Assembly: GCA_051362555.1 (NCBI GenBank)
Contig: CM120642.1
Span: 33,480,001-33,544,000 of the forward strand
DNA from: Lingula anatina
Lineage: Eukaryota > Animalia > Brachiopoda
DNA length: 64,000 nucleotides
Direction: 5' to 3'
In this document: piece after piece, positions 51,498 to 64,000 of the stretch
Layout: each line of letters opens with the position of its first letter
How positions within the stretch are numbered: the first letter of the stretch is position 1
Translations under genes and position numbers: made by a program
Notes under the pieces: model-generated
The model's database searches: none
Seen by the model: only the letters and a program-made list of their open reading frames with translations
What the model was told of the DNA's origin: nothing

Positions 51498-52574
51498 TTG
51501 TACGGTAAACATGAACTGGTCAAACATATACACAGGACTGATTTGGACAGGTCTAAAATGTAGATTGAGCTGCGTCATTTGACAACACATACCTAAAAAT
51601 CAATTTGTATATAAATCTGTATATAATTCTTTATATACATATACTTGTTTGTGTTGCCTGTAATTACAATTTTGTGCATCAAAATAATGAAAAATAAACA
51701 GTATAGATATTCCACCTTCCTATCCATTACCGCCAAGTGAGTTACCAATTTAACATGAGACACACACCACCTTGTACCAAATAATTTCTTTTGATGTTCC
51801 CAAGGTTCACGTACCACACATGTTATGTCAAGGACAAGGTAAATCTGAAAACCAGAAATGGAATTAAATTTCCCTTTTTTCTTACGATAATGCCGTTTAA
51901 TTTTTTAAAAATGTTATTTAGTAGTCAAGTCATACAAAGAATAATATCAGCTCGCTTCACTCTGATGTAATTTATCTTCATACATTACGTTTTATACTGT
52001 AGCATTTAATCTGGGATATAAAAAGTCATGTAACGCTAAACACATAACAAACCAATTTACTCTGACATAATTTATTTTATACATTACATTTAATGCTTGA
52101 GCATTTCATCTATGAAATTCAAAAAGGACCAGTTAGTAAGTGTTATCTGTAAGTGGAAAACCGGTCACATCTCTAGCACTACGTTAACCTTCGCCTAAAC
52201 GACCGCGTAACATCTCCAATTATCACGTATATTATACACTGAGAACACGATTTAATATTTTATATACAACCTTTCGAGTAAAATATTTAAAAATATTATT
52301 CGGTGAGAATTGGCAGTTAAATCGCGATGATCTAATACCGACATTCTGGCTTCGCTAATTTTCTTTGGACACTGTTTATGAAAATAATGACCACAGTCAG
52401 GAGAGCGTTGACCAAGTACAAAGCTTCACTTGTCTAACAAAATGTTTTGTGTTAAGTTTTAACTAATAAAACATGTGTTTGGTTCAATATGTAGCTAAAG
52501 TAATTCATTATCTGTTAAATGGCCACCAGGTCCATGGCTTATATTTTTCTTTAATCATTTCATGTGTTGCTTAA

Positions 52575-52911
52575 AGGGATAATAACTCTTCGTATGAAAT
52601 CTGTATTTCACAATAAAAACATTGTGAATGACTCATAAAAATATAAAATATTCTGTTTTCCCACAAAAACGGCTGTTATAGCTATTATTCTGATATCTGA
52701 GCTTGTCTTTAGACCACGTGACCTCCATTGATGACTATACTCTGTTAAAATCTCTTAAGAGATTTTAACAAAAAAACAAACTTTTTAGAAAAAAACCAGG
52801 GACTAAATTTGAATGTAAAAATGGATTCATTAACCATTGGTAAGTATGGGAAAATTGTTGTTTACTCCAGGAAAATTCATTTTTTGGCCGAAACGAAGAG
52901 TTATTATCACT
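52575..52911 (+). mobile_element. Kolobok-like MITE, copy 2 (downstream of MCT copy A stop); absent from unit B
   Basis: Same TIRs and TTAA flanks as 18951-19255; unit B reads GTGTTGTTCAAGTCTTC (58681) without it. Confidence 0.87.
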
Positions 52912-53062
52912 TTAATGTCTTCGACAAGTCAGGTCGCCTAAACGACATCTTCATTTATCATTCATATTATAAATTGAGTACACGATTTAATATTTTATAT
53001 GCAACCTTTTGAGTAAAATATTTAAAAATATCATTCGGCGAGAGTTGGCAGTGATATCTCAT

Positions 53063-56000
53063 CTAATACCGACATTCTGACTTTGCTAATTTTTTTTGGA
53101 CACTGTTTATGAAAATAATGACCGCAGTCAGGAGAGCGTTGACCAAGTACAAAGCCGCCATGGTTAAAAACGCTGACTTGTACGACCCGCTTATATCGTA
53201 AATAAAACCTAAAAGAAAGACAAAGTTTATACTGTAGAATGACTCTTTATATCAATGCATTCCTTTGGTAGATGCACAATATTCATTCTTCTGCGTGTCA
53301 AACAGAGGCAGACAAAAACAACCCTTTTTTTAAATAATAAATTATTTTTTCTTGTGTCACTTTTATATGTTTGCATCCTTCTTGGTAATAAAAATGATTT
53401 AGATTTTCTGAGTGATTTTAAGTTATTTATTTCTCATGTGCATGTACATGTATTGTCCTCGAAAGAGTTATAACATCCATTTTCTTCTTAATATCAGTTA
53501 TTGTGCTTACTAAGCATATAAGAAGATTTTAAAGAGGGTACCTGCCAGGAAAGGTCCTACAGCGGCCCCCAGTCCCATGCCAGATCGTAGTAGAACAAAC
53601 AGCGCTGGGACGTCCTGACCACTGAGTACCTCACCACATGAGGCGTACCAAGCTGCTATGATAGGACCCTGGCCCAGACCCAAAACTGGGGAAAATAAAG
53701 CAATAGAATATATAGATTTAATGAGGAGAGGACGGTAAGTTCTTTTTTTTTTTAATTAATTCATACTTATAATAACTTTAATATTACTTAATTATCCCCA
53801 GATTTACTCACTAGGTGTAAGATGGCAAGAAGTGACAATTTATACGAAGCACGCATCGTGAATCAAAGTTATCTGGAAATATTCCATTGGTAACATATTT
53901 TGACTGATTTAATGATGCCAATTTGGAATTTAGACTGTGCTTTCAACTTTGAGAGAGTATCATACCCTGCAATGTTACTGAAATTAAAAGAATGATGAAA
54001 ATAAAACCCATACCAGTACTGTATATGAACATCCCCGTCAGTGTTGTCAAATATGAGGCAAGTACGTTATTGACCATGAGTAAACCAGCACAAATCACGT
54101 ACACATGGAGAATGTACCCTTTCAGGTGGTCGCCCATCAGAGACACCAGGAGACGACTCAAAAATCCCGCCACGCCGTCCGCGGTCAAACAGTGAGCGCC
54201 ATCTGCAGGTGTGTATCCTAAACTTTCGACTTGCTTTACCTGATATAAGTGGAATTGTTAGAGTGCTAATGAATGAAGCGTATCCGGAAAGATGACTTTG
54301 AAATTGGACATTTCGAAGATGGATTATGGTAGAACATAGATTACATATAAATGCTAAACGTACGATACTAATGCCAAAGTCATATTTACATTACTAATCA
54401 ATGGTACACTCGGCTGATTTTTTAAAAATTAGGTATTTTGTTAAACTAAGTATTTTGACTACACTCCCCTTAACGATTCCTTACCAGAATTGCATAGGAT
54501 ATCGTTTGACATATACCCTTGCTGAGGTAGACGACAAACCACGTCGCCATGACAACGACGCGAACCTGCTTACTCCATCTTATTTCAATAGATGGCGACG
54601 CCTTCTGCTTTGGGAAAAGGGGAGATTCTGATTGTATTGCTGATTGTAACACGTCCTTGGTTGGTTTCTGTAACGTGTGGATTGATATGATGGTCCAAAA
54701 AGCGTAAAAAGATGCTAAAACGAGATACCCATACCTCCACCCGATTGTTTGATGGAGCCACTGTATTAAGTTTCCAAAAATGACGGTGCCTTAAACGAAA
54801 GAAAATAAATATATAGAATAACTTGAACTTGGTCAGGTGAAGGAGGCCATGCAATACCATCTCAAAATGAAATAATTTAGTCTATTCGAGTACGTCTGAA
54901 TGTCTGTGTGTGAATGTTTCTGTCTGTTCGTCTGTTTGATTGTATGGATATACACGGACAGCATGCATATGTGCACATATGCACATATGCATGCATATGT
55001 GCATGTGCAATTATGTGAATTGTTGTATGGTTTTTTAGTTAATGTGTCTTTAAGGCACATTCCTTTTCATTTTAAACTTGTAATAGCTATATGTTGTCCG
55101 TTCTGTGAGTATTTTATTACATGTATATATATACATACCTAAAGGCATTGTAACCATGGACCAGCTGGTGCTCATCACGTGATATCTGTGTTCCCATGGA
55201 AACCAGTCAGCTACGATAAAGAATAAAGGCGAAACAAGAATGTTCATCCCGAGGCCGTACAAGACTCCATAGGAAAATATCAGGTACAGCGCACTGGGGG
55301 CAAGTGAAGAGAGACCGAGTCCTAATACCACCAGCAGCGTCCCCGTGAACGCTGCAATCCTGTAGCCACAGTGATCTGATGTGACTTTGCCAATGAAGCT
55401 GGCGGTACTGCAGCATAGGAAGAACACTGATTGGATAACACCTTGAAAATAGAATACATGTACATAGTTTGAATATGCTTTAAGAACAACAAAAAGTTCC
55501 AGATGTTTTAATACAAATCAACGTGTGTCATAAATGTGAGGCAAAAATATTTTGATTTGTAATAGGTAAATGGTATTCTCTGTACAGAATAAAAAACAGT
55601 TATACAACTGTACGTACACTGATCACAACTTCTTAATTAACTTAAAGTTGAGAACCATAGGGGTGTAAAGTTTATTAAAATTAGTCACAAATCAAGACGA
55701 CATAATTTCGGCCTTAATATAAGTCGGTAACCATGTGCCACTATCATTTGAAGAGCACAGCATAAATTCTGAGGCACCTACATTCATCACAACATTATCA
55801 GTATAAACACGTACTGCCTACTATACGAAGATGACTTAGTAATTTTATCCAAATCAGCAGAAGGATTACAAACAGGACTTGACAACCTGGATAGATATTG
55901 TAAAAAGTGGAAACTTACAGTTAACTCAAAGAAAACTAAAATTATGGTATTTAACAAGTCTGGCAAAACCCCCAAAATCAATTTTAATATAAATAGTGAA

Positions 56001-57617
56001 ATCTTAGAAGTCACCAATGAATACACATACTTAGGAATCAAACTGAAGTCAAGTAGATCATTCAAAAGTGCACTCAATGACCTTAAAGGCAAAGCAATGA
56101 AAGTCAACTTCATGATTAAACAAACATTATCTTCCACAGCAAAAAGTCTTATTCACCTTAAACTGAAACTGTTTGATACATTAATCAAACCCATCCTTCT
56201 ATATGGCTGTGAAATTTGGGGACCTACTCTCATTGCTAAAAACCTTAACTCTATCAAATCTATGAACACATTCCCTTTTTGAACATGTACACAACAAATT
56301 CTGCAAATCACTACTGGGAATTCAACATAACAGCAGTAACATTATAGCAGCCAAAGCGGAACTTGGCAGACTTCCACTTACATAAAGTGTACTTAAACAA
56401 ACAGCAACATACCTAAAACGATTTACAGAGGTCCCAGATAGACAACTTTTAAAATAGATATATCTGAGTGAAACCCTAGAGGTAAAATCAAAGGGAAACT
56501 GGAGACAGAATATGGACACAATCTACCAAACTTTTTTCCGCCCAAACAGGCACAGCCTCCAGATAGATAAAAATGAAATGAGCAAAGCTTTCGGCGACCA
56601 CTACAAAATACTATTTTCTAAGGAACTAGAAAGAGAAAATGGACTACTAAGAACATATAAACTATACAAATCAACTTATGAAGATGAAGAATATTTAAAT
56701 GCTCCCCTAACAAAACAGGAACTCCAGAACCTAGCAAAATTTAGAACCGGTGCCCATGACCTAGAAATACAGAGAGGCAGATTTCAAAAACCCACCCCTC
56801 TACCGCCTGAAAAGAGAATATGTAGAGTTTGCAGACAAGGAGTACAGAATGAAATACACTTCCTGTTGTTATGTCCCCAATACCAAAACCAAAGAAAAAA
56901 TCTAAACCAACAATTAGCCCAAAACACAAACCACACTGAACAAGTCAATTAAATCACTAATGCAAAACAGAAATCATGACACAATACAAAATCTAGCTAG
57001 ATACATAACAATATGTAACCAAGAAAGATCCGGTATTCTCTACCAGCCACCACCTACTAAATGAAAGAAATATATATGATATTTTAAGGTCAGTTATAAT
57101 GTGAAAATACAGAATGTATCAAGTTGTATAATTTGCACCTCTGTTAATGGATGTATAACACCACTTACTAGTACACTTAAGTATACACACTAAGTATTAA
57201 TATATGGTACCTATGTAATTGTTTGGTCATAGCCTTTGTAAATTGTGCTAGAACTAATAAAGATTATTATAAAAGAGGGGATGATATAACCCTGTAGGTG
57301 TATTTGTATTCATGTCTTCCTAACGTAGAGAGAAGCTAAGCAAACGACGTTCAATTCTTCACTGAAAATCATTTTCACCAGTAATATCTTTTTCTGTTCA
57401 CTTTCAACATCTGAAAATTAATCTACTAAAATCATTTAAATGAAACTTCAGTGGCTGCAAATATTTTAAACGGCTTACCTAGGGTGGCCTGGGACGAGGA
57501 TCCCAGCACCGCGTCTCTGCTGAATGTCGTCACAAACACACCCCAACTCATTTTAATGCCGTTGAAGGCAAGAAACAGGATAGATGTAAGCAAGACAATT
57601 AGCCAGCCGTAATACAT
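53063..57617 (-). CDS. SLC16/monocarboxylate-transporter-like MFS protein, copy A, 6 exons (approx. 57617-57479, 55441-55139, 54789-54485, 54239-54014, 53686-53542, 53208-53063), ~420 aa
   Basis: YYGWLIVL, SWGVF, D.CGYR...FTG.LL..LG...SS.A.S...LIFSYGVLYGLG, ..WF, IGWRYG, GPFLAGFIYDISGSY; open frame. Confidence 0.88.
55775..57271 (+). mobile_element. 5'-truncated non-LTR retrotransposon (RTE-X-like ORF2 3' half) in MCT-A intron 1, antisense to host, decayed
   Basis: CLLYEDDLVILS..GLQ..LD.L..YC..W.L.VN.KKTKIMVF, YTYLGI, LFDTLIKPILLYGCEIWG, AELGR.PL, KFRTGAHDLEIQRGRF..RICRVC..EIHFLLLCP; ends AATAAAGATTATTATAAAA; contains frameshifts and stops. Confidence 0.88.
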
Positions 57618-58854
57618 CTTCAACTACTGGAGCGATTACTTCATTAGTGTGCTAAAATCGGTTAGGCAGGTCGTGCAGCCGTGTGTTTGCTGTATAAACC
57701 AATGACTTTAGTTGCAAATATTGCACAGTGAGGGGCGCATGTCTGCGCATGTGTCACACTGTCAGTCTGCATCTGTCCTGCCAACATAGGGTTGCATTTC
57801 AAGTTACTTCTGTGGATTTTTAGCAAACATTTTTGACCACAATATGCTACTAAACTAACATATTTATTCCTTTACTATAAAAGAACATAGCGGTATGTCA
57901 TTCCATCATATAAACGGGGTTAAAGTTTGAAACCAGGCATCATATACCTAAAAATCAATATGTATATAAATCTGTATATAAATATATACAGTGTTGTGTT
58001 GCCTGTTATTACAATTCTGTGCACCAAAATAATAAAAAGTAAACAGTATAGATATTCCACATTCCTTTCCATTGCCGCCAAGTGAGTTACCAATTTAACA
58101 TGGGGCACGCACCACCTTGTACCAAATAATTTCCTATTGATGTTTCCAAGGATCATGAACCACACATGTTATGTCAAGGACAAGTAAATCTGAAAACCAG
58201 AAATGGGATTCAATTTTCTTTTTTTTTTTTTTTTTTGTACGATAATGCCGTTTAATTTTTTAAAATGTTATTTAGTAGTCAAGTGATACTAAGAATGATA
58301 TCAGCTCGCTTCACTCTGATGTAATGTATCTTCTCACATTACGTTTTATACTGTTGCATTTAATCTGGGATATAAAAAGTCAAGTTGCGCTAAACACGAT
58401 AACAGACCAATTTACTCTGACATAATTTATTATATACATTACGTTTAATGCTTGAGCATGTCATATAGGATATTAAAAAAAAACGGTCTGACATCTGAAA
58501 AACAGCTGAAAACCGGTCACAACTCTGGCACTACGTTGACCTTCACTTGTTTAACAAAATGTTTTATGTTAATATTTAACTAACATAACATGCGTTCATT
58601 TGGTTCAATATGTAGTTACAGTAATTTATTATCTGTTAAATGGCCACCAAGCCCAAAGCTTTTTTTTTATATCTGTTCTTGTGTTGTTCAAGTCTTCAAC
58701 AGAGCAAGTCGGGTCGCCTAAACGACCACGTAACATCTCCAATTATCACGTATATTATACACTGAGTACACGATTAAATATTTTATATACAACCCTTTGT
58801 GTAAAATATTTAAAAATATTATTCGGTGAGAATTGGCAGTGAAATCGCGATGAT

Positions 58855-61800
58855 CTAATACCGACATTCTGACTTCGCTAATTTTCTTTGGACACTGTTT
58901 ATGAAAATAATGACCGCAGTCAGGAGAGCGTTGACCAAGTACAGAGCCGCCATGGTTAAAAACGCTGACTTGTATGACCCGCTTATATCGTAAATAACAC
59001 CTGAAACAAATACAAAGTTTATACCGTAGAATGTCTCTTTATATTAACGCCTTTCTGTAGTAGAGTCATTATTCATTATTCATTCTTATAATTATGTGTC
59101 AAACAGATATTCTAATAATAGCTTAAATGTCACTTTTTATGTTTGCATTCCTTTCTGTTAAAAATAATTTGATTTTAATTTCCTGAGCGCATCGTCTTTT
59201 ATCACTATCATGTTAATAAAATGATAAATTTTATTTCAATTTATCATATTTTATATTGAAAAAGACTTATAACAATCATTCTCTGCTAAATATCCATAAT
59301 TGCGCATATTAAACATATACAGGGCCATTCAGAATAGATGGTCCGAGTACTAACTGATCCGCCGACTAAATATGGCGAACCCCACTTCAAAAGTGATGCG
59401 GCTTATTCCATGATGGTCTCCCCGCCTCCCCGCTGCTGGGGTCAAGCAATTAAACCTCGGAGCCAAGAATTAATTCGTTTAATGGCGCGTGCGGATGAGG
59501 GGAAAACATCAAGAATCATGGGTATCGCTTCTGAAGTGGGATCGGTGGATCAGTTAGTACTCGGATTATCTATTCTGAATGGCCCCTTAAAAAATTTTAA
59601 AGACAGTACCTGCCAGGAAAGGTCCTACAGCGGCCCCCAGTCCCATGCCAGACCTCAGTAGAACAAACAGCGCTGGGACGTCCTGACCACTGAGTACCTC
59701 ACCACATGAGGCGTACCAAGCTGCTATGATAGGACCCTGGCCCAGACCCAAAACTGGGGAAAATAAAGCAATAGAATATATAGATTTAATGAGGAGAGGA
59801 CGGTAAGTTCTTTTTTTTTTTAATTAATTCATACTTATAATAACTTTAATATTACTTAATTATCCCCAGATTTACTCACTAGGTGTAAGATGGCAAGAAG
59901 TGACAATTTATACGAAGCACGCATCGTGAATCAAAGTTATCTGGAAATATTCCATTGGTAACATATTTTGACTGATTTAATGATGCCAATTTGGAATTTA
60001 GACTGTGCTTTCAACTTTGAGAGAGTATCATATCCTGCAATGTTACTGAAATTAAAAGAATGATGAAAATAAAACCCATACCAGTACTGTATATGAACAT
60101 CCCTGTCAGTGTTGTCAAATATGAGGCAAGTACGTTATTGACCATGAGTAAACCAGCACAGATCACGTACACATAGAGAATGTACCCCTTCAGGTGGTCG
60201 CCCATCAGAGACACCAGGAGACGACTCAAAAATCCCGCCACGCCGTCCGCTGTCAAACAGTGAGCGCCATCTGCAGGTGTGTATCCTAAACTTTCGACTT
60301 GCTTCACCTGATATAAGTGGAATTGTTAGAGTGTCAATGAATGAAGCGTATCTGGAAAGATGACTTTGCGATTGGACATTTCGACGATGGTTGAACGGAT
60401 TAAGGGAGAACAAAATGTAAATGCTGAACGTATGATACTAATGCCAAAGTCATATTTACATTACTAATCAGTGGTACACTCGGCTTAATTTTTTAAAATT
60501 AGGTATTTTGCTAAAACTAAGTATTTTGACTATACTACCCTTAACGCTTCCTTACCAGAATTGCATAGGATATCGTTTGACATATACCCTTGCTGAGGTA
60601 GACGACAAACCACGTCGCCATGACAACGACGCGAACCTGCTTACTCCATCTTATTTCAATAGATGGCGACACCTTCTGCTTTGGGAAAAGGGGAGATTCT
60701 GATTGTATTGCTGATTGTAACACGTCCTTGGTTGGTTTCTGTAACGTGTGGATTGATATGATGGTCCAAAAAGCGTAAAAAGACGCTAAAACGAGATACC
60801 CATACCTCCACCCGATTGTTTGATGGAGCCACTGTATTAAGTTTCCAAAAATGACGGTGCCTTAAACGAAAGAAAATAAATATATAGAATAACTTGAAAT
60901 TGGTCAGGTGATGGAGGCCATGCAGTACCATCTCAAAATGAAATAATTTAGTCTATCCGAGTACGTCTGAATGTCTGTGTGTGAATGTTTCTGTCTGTTA
61001 GTCTGTTTGATTGTATGGATATACACGGACTGCATGCATATGTGCATGTGTAGTTATGTGAATTGTTGTATGATTTTTTAGTTAATGTGTCTTTAAGGCA
61101 CATTCCTTTTCATTTTAAACTTGCAATAGCTTTATGTTGTCCGTTCTGTGAGTATTTTATTACATGTAGATATATATACACACCTAAAGGCATTGTAACC
61201 ATGGACCAGCTGGTGCTCATCACGTGATATCTGTGTTCCCATGGAAACCAGTCAGCTACGATAAAGAATAAAGGCGAAACAAGGATGTTCATCCCGAGGC
61301 CGTACAAGACTCCATAGGAAAATATCAGGTACAGCGCACTGGGGGCAAGTGAAGAGAGACTGAGTCCTAATACCACCAGCAGCGTCCCCGTGAACGCTGC
61401 AATCCTGTAGCCACAGTGATCTGATGTGACTTTGCCAATGAAGCTGGTGGTACTGCAGCATAGGAAGAACACTGATTGGATAACACCTTGAAAATAAAAT
61501 ACATGTACATAGTTTAAATATGCTTTAAGAACAACAAAAAGTTCCAGATGTTTTAATACAAATCAACGTGTGTCATAAATGTGAGGCAAAAATATATTTG
61601 ATTTGTAATAGGTAAATGGTATTCTCTATACAGAATAAAAAAACAGTTATACAACTGTACGTACACTGGTCACAACTTCTTAATTAACTTAAAGTTGAGA
61701 ACAATAGGGGTGTTAAGTTTATTAAAATTAGTCACAAATCAAGAAGACATAATTTCGGCCTTAATATAAGTCGGTAGCCATGTGCCACTATCATTTGAAG

Positions 61801-63653
61801 AGCACAGCATAAATTCTGAGGCACCTACATTCATCACAACATTATCAGTATAAACACGTACTGCCTACTATACGCAGATGACTTAGTAATTTTATCCAAA
61901 TCAGCAGAAGGATTACAAACAGGACTTGACAACCTGGATAGATATTGTAAAAAGTGGAAACTAACAGTTAACTCAAAGAAAACTAAAATTATTGTATTTA
62001 ACAAGTCTGGCAAAACCCCCAAAATCAACTTCAATTTAAATAGTGAGATCTTAGAAGTCACTAATGAATACACATACTTAGGAATCAAACTGAAGTCAAG
62101 TGGATCATTCAAAAGTGCACTCAATGACCTTAAAGGCAAAGCAATGAAGCAATGAAAGCTAACTTTAAACAAACATTATCCTCCACAGCAAAAAGACTTG
62201 TTCACCTTAGACTGAAACTGTTCGATACAATAATCAAACCCATCCTTCTATATGGCTGTGAAATTTGGGGATCTACTCTCATTGCTAAAAAACCCTAACT
62301 CTATCAAATCTATGAACACATTCCCTTTTGAACATGTCCACGACAAATTCTGCAAATCACTACTGGGAATTCAACATAACAGCAGTAACATAGCAGCCAA
62401 AGCAGAACTTGGCAGATTTCCACTTACACAAAGTGTACTTAAACAAACAGCAGCATACCTAAAACGATTTACAGAGGTCCCAGATAGACAACTTTTAAAA
62501 AGGTATATCTAAGTGAAACCCTAGAAATAAAATCAAAGGGAAACTGGAGACAGAATATGGACACAATCTACCAAACTTTTTCCCCCAAACAGGCACAGTC
62601 TCCAGATAGATAAAAATGAAATGAGCAAAGCTTTCGGCGACCACTACAAAATACTATTTTTTAAGGAACTAGAAAGAGAAAATGGACTACTAAGAACATG
62701 TAACCTATACAAATCAACTTATGAAGCTGAAGAATATTTAAATGCCCCCCTAACAAAACAGGAACTCCAGAACCAGCAAAATTTAGAACCGGTGCCCATG
62801 ACCTAGAAATACAGAGAGACAGATTTCAAAAACCCACGCCTCTACCGCCTGAAAAGAGAATATGTAGAGTTTGCAGACAAGGAGTAGAGAATGAAATACA
62901 CTTCCTATTGTTATGTCCCCAATACCAAAACCAAAGAAAAATCTAAACCAACAATTAGCCCAAAACACAAACCATACTGAACAATCCAAATCACTAATGC
63001 AAAACAGAAATCATGACACAATACAAAATCTAGCTAGATACATAACAATATGTAACCAAGAAAGATCCGGTATTCTCTACCAGCCACCACCTACTAAATG
63101 AGAGAAATATATATGATATTTTAAGGTCAGTTATAATGTGAAAATACAAAATGTATCAAGTTGTATAATTTGCACCTCTGATAATGGATGTATTACAGCA
63201 CTTACTAGTACACTTAAGTATACACACTAAGTATTAATATATGGTACCTATGTAATTGTTTGGTCATAGCCTTTGTAAATTGTGCTAGAATAATAAAGAT
63301 TATTATAAACGAGGGAATGATATAACCCTGTAGGTGTATTTGTATTTATGTCTTCCTAACGTAGAGAGAAGCTATGCAAACGACGTTCAATTCTTCACTG
63401 AAAATCATTTTCACCAGCAATTTCTTTTTCTGTTCACTTTCAAGATCTGAAAATTAATCTACTAAAATCATTTAAATGAAACTTCAGTGGCTGCAAATAT
63501 TTTAAACGGCTTACCTAGGGTGGCCTGGGACGAGGATCCCAGCACCTCGTCTTTGCTGAATGTCGTCACAAACACACCCCAACTCCTTTTAATGCCGTTG
63601 AAGGCAAGAAACAGGATAGATGTAAGCAGGACAATTAGCCAGCCGTAATACAT
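58855..63653 (-). CDS. SLC16/MCT-like MFS protein, copy B, 6 exons (approx. 63653-63515, 61486-61184, 60860-60556, 60307-60082, 59754-59610, 59001-58855)
   Basis: Near-identical paralog of copy A with an intact frame and splice sites. Confidence 0.88.
59321..59587. mobile_element. Harbinger-like MITE in the MCT-B last intron; absent from copy A
   Basis: ~40-bp TIRs GGGCCATTCAGAATAGATGGTCCGAGTACTAACTGATCC / GGATCAGTTAGTACTCGGATTATCTATTCTGAATGGCCC; copy A (~53515-53530) lacks it. Confidence 0.8.
61820..63308 (+). mobile_element. Same RTE-X-like LINE fragment in MCT-B intron 1
   Basis: Paralog of 55775-57271; retains YADD (CTATACGCAGATGAC at ~61868) but has its own indels and stops. Confidence 0.88.
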
Positions 63654-64000
63654 CTTCAACTACTGGAGCGATTACTTCATTAGTGTGCTAAAATCGGTTA
63701 GGCAGGTCGTGCAGCCGTGTGTTTGCTGTATAAACCAATGACTTTAGTTGCAAATATTGCACAGTGAGGGGCGCATGTCTGCGCATGTGTCACACTGTCA
63801 GTGGGTCGCGCGGTCTGCATCTGTCCTGTCAACATAGGGTTGCATTTCGAGTTACCTCTGTGGATTTTTAACAAACATTTTTGACCACAATATGCTACTA
63901 AACTAACATATTTATTCCTTTACTATAAAAGAACATAGCGGTATGTCATTCCATCACATAAATGGGGTTCAAGTTTGAAACCAGGCATCATATACCTAAA

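Larger units (their letters stand above)
51589..64000. repeat. Head-to-tail segmental tandem duplication: unit A ~51589-57943, unit B ~57944-63991, start of unit C at the window end
   Basis: ATACCTAAAAATCAAT at 51589 and 57944; the A/B junction AAACCAGGCATCATATACCTAAA recurs at the window end; exons, introns and LINE are highly similar between units. Confidence 0.93.

Noticed and set aside
318-63653. Five transporter genes as a functional operon-like cluster
   Set aside because: Mixed orientations, interrupted by unrelated genes, and largely explained by two tandem duplications; no shared regulatory evidence

Overview
AT-rich, intron-rich animal genomic DNA. A non-vertebrate is suggested by type-2 CAX genes, a GT92 gene and RTE-X/Kolobok/Harbinger-like repeats; the species cannot be determined. 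I reconstructed seven protein-coding genes by hand from splice sites: a 14-exon SLC5 sodium/sugar symporter (-), two tandem 20-exon Vnx1/type-2 CAX cation/H+ exchanger paralogs (+), a 12-finger C2H2 zinc-finger gene (-), a single-coding-exon GT92 glycosyltransferase (+), and two near-identical SLC16/MCT-like transporters (-). The MCT genes sit in a young ~6 kb head-to-tail array that appears to continue past the window end, and each carries the same 5'-truncated LINE. The CAX pair is the most notable feature. Paralog 2 is intact but has lost the alpha-1 transport glutamate (GSIVE->GSVVT). Their shared minor-spliceosome intron is GT-AG in paralog 1 but apparently AT-AA in paralog 2. Both upstream regions carry GTCACATGAC (TFEB/MITF-type) motifs. 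The two MCT copies differ (Met vs Arg) at the residue that appears to align to MCT1 Lys38. Several MITE families, exon-boundary duplications, an ERE-consensus cluster and a 10-bp-phased T-tract array are also present. All alignments are by eye; no searches were run.
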